Shown: one piece after another, positions 10,138-17,879 of the stretch
Numbering within the stretch: the stretch's first letter is position 1
How the letters are laid out: every line of letters starts with the position of its first letter
Source of the DNA: a virus
Length of the DNA: 64,000 bases
IMG/VR virus record: IMGVR_UViG_3300003323_000666
Location: 7,766-71,765 of that record
Direction: 5' to 3' (one strand)
Program-made: the position numbers and the translations under genes
Notes under the pieces: model-generated
Databases searched by the model: none
Told to the model about the DNA's origin: nothing
Seen by the model: only the letters and a program-made list of their open reading frames with translations

Positions 10138-10560
10138 TTAAAGTATGTTTTGCTCAGTAACCTGTTCGCTAATTATATATGCATCATGTCCATAGAACCC
10201 ATTGTGAGAGTTATAAGCGGCAAATTGCAATAACCCTTTAGATGTTTCCAGGTTGACGAACATCACAAATGTGCCGCCGCCATATCCATCTTCTTCACTA
10301 CTTAGTTTTTTAGGAACGGCTTTAGTCATAAACTGGTCATCTACTAAAGAAATTCCAATTAATTCAGCGCCTATGTATTCTGTCAGTATATCATCGGAAA
10401 GGAAATATCCCCATTCCTCGCAACAGGATTGACCATTACTAATAAGCAGCTTTATAGTTTGGTTGTTTGTAACTATTTCATATCCATCACATGTATCCCA
10501 GCTTCGCTTTACATCTGGTGGCACATTCTGTACCTCTTTTATAGAAATTATTTTCTCCAT
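10138..10560 (-). CDS. Conserved hypothetical phage protein
   Basis: QSCCE...SHNGFYGH motifs. Confidence 0.7.
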   Translation of the reverse strand: MEKIISIKEVQNVPPDVKRSWDTCDGYEIVTNNQTIKLLISNGQSCCEEWGYFLSDDILTEYIGAELIGISLVDDQFMTKAVPKKLSSEEDGYGGGTFVMFVNLETSKGLLQFAAYNSHNGFYGHDAYIISEQVTEQNIL

Positions 10561-10872
10561 TTACTTTTTACCTTTTGGTACAGCCTTGTCAGAAACTGAA
10601 TTAGGATATTCTGCGTATGTATCCATTTTCGCCCTAACAATCATATCCCCAATATCACGAAAGCTAACTGTCATTTCAGTCGGCGCTCCCTGACTTGATC
10701 CATGCCTTCTGGCGCGTTCCTGATGCCAAAGCTCCCACATACGGTGATGAAAAAAATCCAATGGTGCAGGAGCTAAATTCTCCCATGATTTTTCTTCCAT
10801 AAATTTTTTAAGTATTATTTGTTTTATTTTTATTCGTTCGAGGTGTTTTTTTATGAAGCCGTCAATCATCAA
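10561..10872 (-). CDS. Hypothetical protein
   Basis: Coupled ORF. Confidence 0.55.
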   Translation of the reverse strand: MMIDGFIKKHLERIKIKQIILKKFMEEKSWENLAPAPLDFFHHRMWELWHQERARRHGSSQGAPTEMTVSFRDIGDMIVRAKMDTYAEYPNSVSDKAVPKGKK

Positions 10873-11405
10873 TCTTTCTTTTCGTCGTTAAGCATTATCG
10901 CCACCACGTTGTTATCTATTTTTCGGTAATCTGTCTTATCTAATTCGTAAACAACATCATGTTCAGTCGGACTCTTAGCAGCCTCATTAGCCAATTTATC
11001 GCACATTTCATTGTATTCGTCACCATTATGTCCCTTTACCCACTTCACAGTTGGTTTCAATTTGTCATGCAATTTCATGTAAATCATCCATAAATCAAGG
11101 TTCTTTCTAACGCATCCAAGCTTAGACAACCAATTCTTTGCCCAGCCCTTATTGATTGAGTCAACAACATATTTACTATCTGAATGTATAGTAATTTCTG
11201 TATTTCCCATTTCTGAGCCAACAATATCCAGAGAACATAAAGCCTTAATTAGCGCCATTAGCTCCATTCGATTATTTGTTGTCCACATAAAACCAACTGA
11301 ATACTCAGTGAGTAAATCGCCAGATTTAACAACGATACCAATACCACCCGGTCCCGGATTCGTTGGCAAAGCAGCTCCGTCTGTCCAAATTTCAATTTTT
11401 CGCAT
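10869..11405 (-). CDS. rnhA: Ribonuclease HI
   Basis: IWTDGA..NPGPGG, TTNNRMEL, SDSKYV, WVKGH..NEMCDKLA: full catalytic D/E/D/H/D set. Confidence 0.95.
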   Translation of the reverse strand: MRKIEIWTDGAALPTNPGPGGIGIVVKSGDLLTEYSVGFMWTTNNRMELMALIKALCSLDIVGSEMGNTEITIHSDSKYVVDSINKGWAKNWLSKLGCVRKNLDLWMIYMKLHDKLKPTVKWVKGHNGDEYNEMCDKLANEAAKSPTEHDVVYELDKTDYRKIDNNVVAIMLNDEKKD

Positions 11406-11459
11406 TTATATATTTTTATGTTAATAAATAATGTATTTAACACTTGTTAATCTACTACT

Positions 11460-11761
11460 TATTGTAGACTGCTCCAGATTGGAGATTACCATACTATTTT
11501 CTCAGCGTAAGCAAAGAACCTCCAGCCTCCTATTATGTATTATCATAATAAGAAGTGTATTGGTCTAGCTTATCTGCCCCGAGTTATCGACCCTTGACTA
11601 CCCCCTCTCAACCGCACTTAACTGCTTTTCAGACTTGCAGCACGTATGTCATATACGCGACCTCCTATTTCCTCAGCCAGCACCCGCCACCGGGTTCAAA
11701 CCATACCGCGAAGGACTTTCAACCTTCTGTCAAATAGGTGACTATGATTGTCATTACAATA
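11460..11761 (-). ncRNA. Candidate ~300-nt structured non-coding RNA
   Basis: GC-richer than flanks; closing helix TATTGTA/TACAATA; several hairpins including a GAAA loop; G-U pairs favour the minus strand. Confidence 0.45.
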
Positions 11762-11810
11762 GGCGATATTTTATATTGAATTTTTTAATAATTAGTTACA
11801 AGTAAAAATG

Positions 11811-11905
11811 AAAAAGCCCGGAATTAGTGCGACCCCATCCCGAGCTTAAGATCATTTTGCAAATGACCAGTATCTTTATGTTAGTGTGCGGGATCGCTAT
11901 GCACA
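11811..11905 (-). ncRNA. Three-hairpin leader RNA ending in an intrinsic terminator; predicted kissing loop
   Basis: Just downstream of TACATTTG; loop1 GCGAUCCC is complementary to terminator loop GGGGUCGC. Confidence 0.55.
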
Positions 11906-11908
11906 ATT

Positions 11909-11916
11909 CAAATGTA
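11909..11916 (-). promoter_or_regulatory. Bacteroidota sigma-70 -7 element
   Basis: TACATTTG on minus strand. Confidence 0.65.
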
Positions 11917-11947
11917 CAATAATTTCCTTAATTGCAAAATTAATTTC

Positions 11948-11979
11948 AAAAAAAAACTCCAAGGTGAAAACCTCGGAGC
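11948..11979 (-). terminator. Intrinsic terminator
   Basis: CTCCGAGGT-TTTC-ACCTTGGAG followed by a long T run. Confidence 0.75.
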
Positions 11980-12060
11980 AATTCTTGGCATCGTTAGACT
12001 GTGAAATCAGGAAAAAATATATGTATAGTAATTGTTGTCAACTCAGAAACACGTTTAAAT

Positions 12061-12090
12061 AAAACGGTGTCAGTCTTTCACTAACACCGT
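12061..12090 (-). terminator. Terminator-like hairpin
   Basis: ACGGTGTTAGT-GAAAG-ACTGACACCGT then TTT. Confidence 0.6.
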
Positions 12091-12148
12091 ATCTGAACAA
12101 CAACAAAGAATAAACTCCTAGTATTTCACGCAAACTAGGATTAAGCGT

Positions 12149-12234
12149 TGGTGGTCTAGGTGAGATTTGAACTCACTAAGCATTAAGCAGATGATTTACA
12201 GTCATCCCCGGCTCTCCAACTCCGGCGCACAACC
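12149..12234 (-). tRNA. trnY: tRNA-Tyr (GTA) with mismatched acceptor stem
   Basis: Anticodon arm GATGA-CTGTAAA-TCATC, T arm GTGAG-TTCAAAT-CTCAC, long variable arm, encoded A-CCA 3' end. Confidence 0.85.
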
Positions 12235-12365
12235 ATTTTAAAAGCGCCCCGTTTAGATACGGGGCCAGATCACATGGACTATTAAGCCTATCTATGTTTG
12301 CGGCTCTTGGCAACGATTCCTCGCCACCTAAGTTTGAATGTTTGACGACACAAATATCTAACTTA

Positions 12366-12401
12366 TTTTCTTAAACGCAAAACATTTTGAGTTTAAGAAA
12401 A
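12366..12401. promoter_or_regulatory. Imperfect palindrome between divergent transcription units (operator candidate)
   Basis: TTTTCTTAAAC-G-CAAAA-CA-TTTTG-A-GTTTAAGAAAA. Confidence 0.5.
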
Positions 12402-12415
12402 ATATATTTATATCG

Positions 12416-12423
12416 TACATTTG
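12416..12423 (+). promoter_or_regulatory. -7 promoter element for portal operon
   Basis: TACATTTG 18 nt before the portal ATG. Confidence 0.7.
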
Positions 12424-12441
12424 TTAAAACATGAGTGTTAG

Positions 12442-14784
12442 ATGGCCGACGAAAGACTTTTAGACTTCCATAAAAAAACTAATAGGGAGAAGGCTGATCC
12501 TAAATATGGCATAGAGGTAGCTCGATCTATTAGCCGCACCGTCAACACTGGTTATGATGGGTATTATGAAAAACGTAATCGCAGGATCACAGAATCTCGC
12601 CGACTCGTAGCTGGGGAGCAGGACATGAAGCGATTCATGGATTTAATGAATATAGACGGTAAAAATTCGTTTGTTAACCTAGATTTTAAAGCCCCAAAAA
12701 TTGCTCAAAAATTTCTTGATATAATTGTCCAACGATTCATGGAGCGATCTGAACAGCCGGTAGTGTCTGCTGTTGATCCTCAATCTAGGCGCAAGCGCCA
12801 GCGAGAGAAAGATGAGGCTCAGTTCAGGATGGAGGAAGGTGCAAATATTGCCGGATTGGAGCAGGCGGCGGGTATCCCATTAGAAGATAAATCGAAGTTT
12901 ACTCCGGAAGATATGGATGACCTGGAATTTTATTATGGGTATGAATATCAACTTCCTGAAGAAATCAGATTTGAAAAGGCACTCAGTTTTATATTGGCAG
13001 ATTGTGACTGGAATCCGGTGTTAAAGCGTAGATTGATTGAAGATCTTTGCATTGCCGGATTTGCTTTTACAAAGACAGAGGTGGATGTAAATGGTAAAAT
13101 AAGGGCATATGCTCGCGATCCGGAATCAGCAATTTATTCTTGGTCTACCTATGACGATATGCGAGACAGGTCGTGGTGTGGTGAGATCTATAAAATGAAA
13201 GTGACTGAATATCGGGCCAAATTCGCTGCCGATTATGAACGTGACTACCCCGGGAAGGGAGAACAGATGTTGTTTGAAGATGTCATGAAGGCCGCTATTG
13301 GATGCGATGGGTATGATTATAACTTAAACTGGGATTGGCATTGGACCTCTTCATTATACAGACCATATGATGATTGGGTAGTAGAGGTAATGGAATTCGA
13401 GTTCAAAACCGTAGATAATAACATCTTCGTGTCAAAGAAAAACCGTTTTGGCAATATCATTGCGGTTGATAGAAAGGATAAATACCCGAAAGAAGTTCCT
13501 GAAAATAAAGAAGTTAAGGTTAGGCAAGTATACAATATATACCGAGGGAGCTATATCAGAAAATTGGATAAATTGTTCTGCTGGGGATTAGCTGAAAATA
13601 TGGTTCGCCCGCAGAGCAATTTGTCAGATGTGTATTTTAGCTATCGGATAATCATGCCCCATAATCGCCGGATGGTCAATCACACGCTGCCTGAGCGTAT
13701 TGCCACCTCTGTAGATATGATGATCCTTAACCACCTGAAAATACAACATTTGGTGGCAAAAATGCGGCCTTCGGGATATGCGATAGATGTTAATGGGCTA
13801 AATGACCTTGATTTAGGATTAGGACATACGGTAACCCCATTAGAGCTACTTAAGGTGGCCGATAATACTGGTAACGTATTTTATAGGTCGGTAAAGGAAG
13901 ATGGGGAAACACGTACAACGATACCTATACAAGAGATGCCAAATGCCGGCTCTGTACAGCAAATACAAACTTGCATAACTGTTTATAACTTCTATCTGGA
14001 GCGCATCAGGCAAGATATTGGAACGAATGAATATACAGAAGGCCAGTCTGTTAGTCCGAAAACACCTGTTGGCGTTATGGAAAACCAGGTTACCGCATCT
14101 AATAGGGCTACAGAATTTATTTATGAAGCATATTTAGACTTGATGAAAGGAACTTGTCAGAACCTCGGCATACTGCTTTGGGACAACATTGTTTTCGGAG
14201 GGAAAGAGTATCGCGATCAGATAGGGGAAATGCGATTGGAAGATACTCAATTTGATGTAACGATCGAAATGCTGCCAGATGAACTGAAGCAGGCCAAAAT
14301 AGATGCCCAGGTAGAGCGTGCGTTGACTGCCGGCTTGATAGACTTCCAGGATGCTTTCAAGATTAATAATATCAAGAATATTAAGCTAAAAGAGCTATAT
14401 CTGTCAAGGGCACAAAAACGTAAGCAGAAAGAACAAATTGATAATCAGCAAGCGGCCATACAGGCAACCGCACAGTCACAACAACAGTCCGCAATTGCCA
14501 CATCAGAAATGAAGCAACAGGAGATGAATTTGGAGGCAGAAACTAAGACAGCAATAGAAAAGACAAAGAATGAAGGACAAATGAAATTGTCTCAGCAAAA
14601 CTTCATTCAGGAACTTGTCCTGAAGGGACTAGAAAGCGGCGTCCCATTGCCAAAAAATCTACAGGACATGGTTGATGCTTATTTTGATAGCAGGGCCGAT
14701 GAGGAAGAGCAAGCCTCTGTTGCAAATGAAGCCGCTATGGAGCAAATGATGGGACAACAACAACAAGGTCAACAAGTAGCATAA
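12442..14784 (+). CDS. Portal protein
   Basis: 780 aa, first gene of the head module, Gln-rich C-terminal coiled coil; SFVNLDF.....KF.DIIV pattern as in crAss-related portals. Confidence 0.85.
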   Translation: MADERLLDFHKKTNREKADPKYGIEVARSISRTVNTGYDGYYEKRNRRITESRRLVAGEQDMKRFMDLMNIDGKNSFVNLDFKAPKIAQKFLDIIVQRFMERSEQPVVSAVDPQSRRKRQREKDEAQFRMEEGANIAGLEQAAGIPLEDKSKFTPEDMDDLEFYYGYEYQLPEEIRFEKALSFILADCDWNPVLKRRLIEDLCIAGFAFTKTEVDVNGKIRAYARDPESAIYSWSTYDDMRDRSWCGEIYKMKVTEYRAKFAADYERDYPGKGEQMLFEDVMKAAIGCDGYDYNLNWDWHWTSSLYRPYDDWVVEVMEFEFKTVDNNIFVSKKNRFGNIIAVDRKDKYPKEVPENKEVKVRQVYNIYRGSYIRKLDKLFCWGLAENMVRPQSNLSDVYFSYRIIMPHNRRMVNHTLPERIATSVDMMILNHLKIQHLVAKMRPSGYAIDVNGLNDLDLGLGHTVTPLELLKVADNTGNVFYRSVKEDGETRTTIPIQEMPNAGSVQQIQTCITVYNFYLERIRQDIGTNEYTEGQSVSPKTPVGVMENQVTASNRATEFIYEAYLDLMKGTCQNLGILLWDNIVFGGKEYRDQIGEMRLEDTQFDVTIEMLPDELKQAKIDAQVERALTAGLIDFQDAFKINNIKNIKLKELYLSRAQKRKQKEQIDNQQAAIQATAQSQQQSAIATSEMKQQEMNLEAETKTAIEKTKNEGQMKLSQQNFIQELVLKGLESGVPLPKNLQDMVDAYFDSRADEEEQASVANEAAMEQMMGQQQQGQQVA

Positions 14785-14792
14785 TTATTTCA

Positions 14793-14800
14793 TACATTTG
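14793..14800 (+). promoter_or_regulatory. -7 promoter element
   Basis: TTCATACATTTG. Confidence 0.7.
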
Positions 14801-14831
14801 TAACAAATATTAGTGCACCAAATAAATATTT

Positions 14832-15965
14832 ATGGAATTTGATATTTTAAATCCAGCTCCAGGAATGGCCTTCGATAAAGAAGGCAATGTCGTGGAGAAA
14901 ACTACAGATGCCGAAATTGATACGCCTGCACAAGCTGCTGCCGCACCTGATCCGAGCCAAGAAGCGCGTCCGTCTCAGCCTATGGAAATTAACTGGGAAG
15001 AGAAAACCGGAGGGAAATTCAAATCTTGGGAGGATATAGAGGCTCGACTGAATACAGAAGTTTCTCCAGAACCAGTCACATTTGCTAACGAGGAAGCAAA
15101 AAAAGTATATGAGCTTCTGAAAGATGGTAAGGTTGATGACGTGCTTCAGGTATATAACGAACAGCGCCGGTTATCTAATCTGGATAAAATGTCGCCAGAT
15201 GACATGATTAAATTGGCGTGGGAATATAAAAACACCGGCCTAGATGCGAGGGATATTGAGGAAGAGTTTGAGGCCAAGTATAGTGTGGAAAAGCCAGAGG
15301 CTCCGGTAGAGGATGATTATATTGATGATGATGCTTACGCCGCTGCAAAAAAGCAGTATGATAAGGCCATGGTAAAATATGAGAAAGAGTTGAAGGCTGT
15401 TGAGCGCAGAAAGAAAATAGACGCGGCTGAAGCCAAAGAAACACTCTCTTCTTACAAGAAGGATATAACCCTCCCAGATATCCCGCAGGCTAGTACTGCG
15501 GACCAGATTGATCCTGCTGAAGAAGCGCGATCTTTAGAGGAATACAAAAAGAATCGGAATGAGTATTTGACTTCGCTTGAAAAAAGCGCTGAATCTTTTA
15601 ATGAAATCGCCTTTAAGGTTAGTGACGAGGGTGTCAACTTTGAAGGCTCTTTTCAGATCGACAAAGAAGAATTGGCGCAGCTAAAAAAAGACCTGACCGA
15701 AAAAGATGTAGTGAATGACATTTTGCTTCCAAGGTACGTCAAGGGAGACGGCTTTGATACAAAACAGCTCTTAGAGGATGTCTATTACCTTAGGAATAGG
15801 GAAAAGATAACCTCCGCTGCTATCAAACAGGCAGTTGCTAAAGAGAAGTTAAATATTCTTGCTGAGACAAAAAATGTCAATCTGAATGACAGTCCACGGG
15901 AAGCGTTTGTTCCATCAACAGAAGCAAAAATAGAAGAGTTTGGAAACAAATTCTTCGGAATTTAA
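14832..15965 (+). CDS. Putative capsid scaffolding protein
   Basis: Acidic, helical, located between portal and MCP. Confidence 0.65.
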   Translation: MEFDILNPAPGMAFDKEGNVVEKTTDAEIDTPAQAAAAPDPSQEARPSQPMEINWEEKTGGKFKSWEDIEARLNTEVSPEPVTFANEEAKKVYELLKDGKVDDVLQVYNEQRRLSNLDKMSPDDMIKLAWEYKNTGLDARDIEEEFEAKYSVEKPEAPVEDDYIDDDAYAAAKKQYDKAMVKYEKELKAVERRKKIDAAEAKETLSSYKKDITLPDIPQASTADQIDPAEEARSLEEYKKNRNEYLTSLEKSAESFNEIAFKVSDEGVNFEGSFQIDKEELAQLKKDLTEKDVVNDILLPRYVKGDGFDTKQLLEDVYYLRNREKITSAAIKQAVAKEKLNILAETKNVNLNDSPREAFVPSTEAKIEEFGNKFFGI

Positions 15966-15985
15966 CAATTTAAAACAAACAAAAA

Positions 15986-17362
15986 ATGGCAGCACCTTTA
16001 ATGCCCGCAGCTATATCATTGCCGGTAAGTAACCGGCAGTTGCTCACAGACCTTGATCTGTTGCAGCGTCACTTCATGCGCCAGTTTTTTCAGAAATATG
16101 GCAATCAGAATTACAGTGACTTCCTGACAATGGAAGGTGGCGCAAAAAAAGTCACCGTGCAGGGTCGCGATTTCTATCACCACGAATCTCGTGGCAAACT
16201 TCATTCGAAAGTTACTGTAAATGCTCAGATTACAGCTCCTGCCGCTGGTGCGGACGTTACTGTAACTATTACAGCAGGGGACCATTTCCGTTCGGGCGCT
16301 GATTCTCCGTTAAGAGTCGGTGAAGTGGTTAGGGTTTCTACTTCCGGTATCGAAGGTAAGATCGTTTCTGTTAATAAAACCACTCCTTCCGCCCATACAG
16401 CGACTATTCGTCCGTTGAAGTCTACACAGGCATTTGTTTCTGCTGGTTCTGCGAACCTGGCAGCAGGCGAGTTGCTGGAATTCCGTGGCGTAACCGAAGC
16501 TGGCGAAAGATCTACTGCACCAGATCCGCTGATCAATCTGACAGAAAAAATCAGCAACTCAACTACTGAAATTCGTGAGTGCTGGAGAGAAACCGATCGT
16601 TCGCTGATTGAAACAATGGAATTTGACTATGAAGGTCAGCCATTCTTCAAATACAAAGGGATGGACGAGACTCAGCGTCGGTTCTTGAATAACAAAGAGT
16701 TCAAGTTAATGTTCGGCGATAAGGCCGATAACCTGTCAGCCGTAGGCGGATCTGTCGGAACTCAGGGCGTTATCCCACGCGCTATCGCTGGTGGTCAAAC
16801 CGTGAACTATACCCCTGGGTCATTTAGTATTTCCACCCTGAATGACCTTACCCGCGCAGCTCTGTTCAATGGCGGCCCAATGGATTATCATGGCTTGCTG
16901 GATATTTACCTCCGCCAGGAATTTGATGCAGAATTGTTTAGCCAATATGATGCTGGTGCTATCAACTGGGCAACAGCCGGCGGCACTCAGCAAATCGCAA
17001 TTGGATATGGTTTCCGTGGTATTTCGCTGGACGGCTTTAGCTTCTTGCTGAAGACATATAAACCATTCAGCCCAGAAGCTGTATACGGTGCAACTCCGAC
17101 TACTGGATTACCTCAGTTCAGAAACTTTGGACTCTTCCTGCCACAAGGTCAGGTATCCGATCCTAAGTCAAGTTCAATGGTGCCAAATATCAGGATTGTT
17201 ATCAATACTGTAGAGGGTGAGCCAGAAATAAAAACATGGCAGACCGGTGCCTATGCAAAACCACAGCCAATCGGAGAGGTTGCAGAGGTTGCGGTACACT
17301 GGATCACTTATCAGGGTATTGAAATGGCCGCAGCCAATCAATATTTAATATTATCAAGATAA
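15986..17362 (+). CDS. Major capsid protein
   Basis: 458 aa after the scaffold gene, biased codon use, strong terminator downstream. Confidence 0.85.
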   Translation: MAAPLMPAAISLPVSNRQLLTDLDLLQRHFMRQFFQKYGNQNYSDFLTMEGGAKKVTVQGRDFYHHESRGKLHSKVTVNAQITAPAAGADVTVTITAGDHFRSGADSPLRVGEVVRVSTSGIEGKIVSVNKTTPSAHTATIRPLKSTQAFVSAGSANLAAGELLEFRGVTEAGERSTAPDPLINLTEKISNSTTEIRECWRETDRSLIETMEFDYEGQPFFKYKGMDETQRRFLNNKEFKLMFGDKADNLSAVGGSVGTQGVIPRAIAGGQTVNYTPGSFSISTLNDLTRAALFNGGPMDYHGLLDIYLRQEFDAELFSQYDAGAINWATAGGTQQIAIGYGFRGISLDGFSFLLKTYKPFSPEAVYGATPTTGLPQFRNFGLFLPQGQVSDPKSSSMVPNIRIVINTVEGEPEIKTWQTGAYAKPQPIGEVAEVAVHWITYQGIEMAAANQYLILSR

Positions 17363-17406
17363 ATAATAATATGTTTATTATTTAAAATAAGCATATTATT
17401 TTATTA

Positions 17407-17436
17407 AAATAGCCCACAAATTTTTGTGGGCTATTT
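17407..17436 (+). terminator. Strong terminator after MCP
   Basis: Perfect inverted repeat AAATAGCCCACAAA / TTTGTGGGCTATTT. Confidence 0.8.
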
Positions 17437-17438
17437 CG

Positions 17439-17446
17439 TATATTTG
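17439..17446 (+). promoter_or_regulatory. -7 promoter element
   Basis: TTCGTATATTTG. Confidence 0.65.
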
Positions 17447-17475
17447 ATTATTGTAAATTGGTAAAATTATAAACC

Positions 17476-17814
17476 ATGTCTTTGAATCCTCGCGTTAAAC
17501 CGCTACTCAACTCTTCGGGCGCTACCTCTGGCGCAATTACGATAAACACTAATTTTGGTAAAAAATATTATGGTACGCTAACTGGTAATGTTACATTGAC
17601 ATTATTTGGTATGAATAGTGGCGATATATGTTCTTTGTGGCTCACTCAGGATGCCACGGCAGGACGTACGCTTACTATTACGCCAGCTTCCGGTGGTGCT
17701 AATAAAGTTCTTGGACCGAGCACCGCCATCTCTGCTGTTGCTGCCAAAACGTCTAAAGTTGTTATAGCACTAATTAACGGAGTATATAACATAGAAATTA
17801 TTGCACAGCCGTAA
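17476..17814 (+). CDS. Small beta-rich virion protein (head decoration candidate)
   Basis: Follows MCP; G/T/S-rich; paralogous to the N-terminus of the next gene. Confidence 0.6.
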   Translation: MSLNPRVKPLLNSSGATSGAITINTNFGKKYYGTLTGNVTLTLFGMNSGDICSLWLTQDATAGRTLTITPASGGANKVLGPSTAISAVAAKTSKVVIALINGVYNIEIIAQP

Positions 17815-17840
17815 GTTATTTTTTATTTGGTGGTAGTTTG

Positions 17841-17867
17841 GCCGGAGGTGTATACTTCCGGCTTTTT
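17841..17867 (+). terminator. Intrinsic terminator between the two paralogues
   Basis: GCCGGAGGT-GTAT-ACTTCCGGC-TTTTT. Confidence 0.8.
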
Positions 17868-17879
17868 AAAATAATGCAT

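Noticed and set aside
11555-11737. 60-aa ORF in the non-coding region
   Set aside because: GTG start without an A-rich leader, Pro/Ser/Thr-biased, antisense to the structured strand.
17838-17879. ORF-track N-terminal extension of the SGNH protein
   Set aside because: It runs through a terminator hairpin; paralogy with the upstream gene begins at MSIQRPR.
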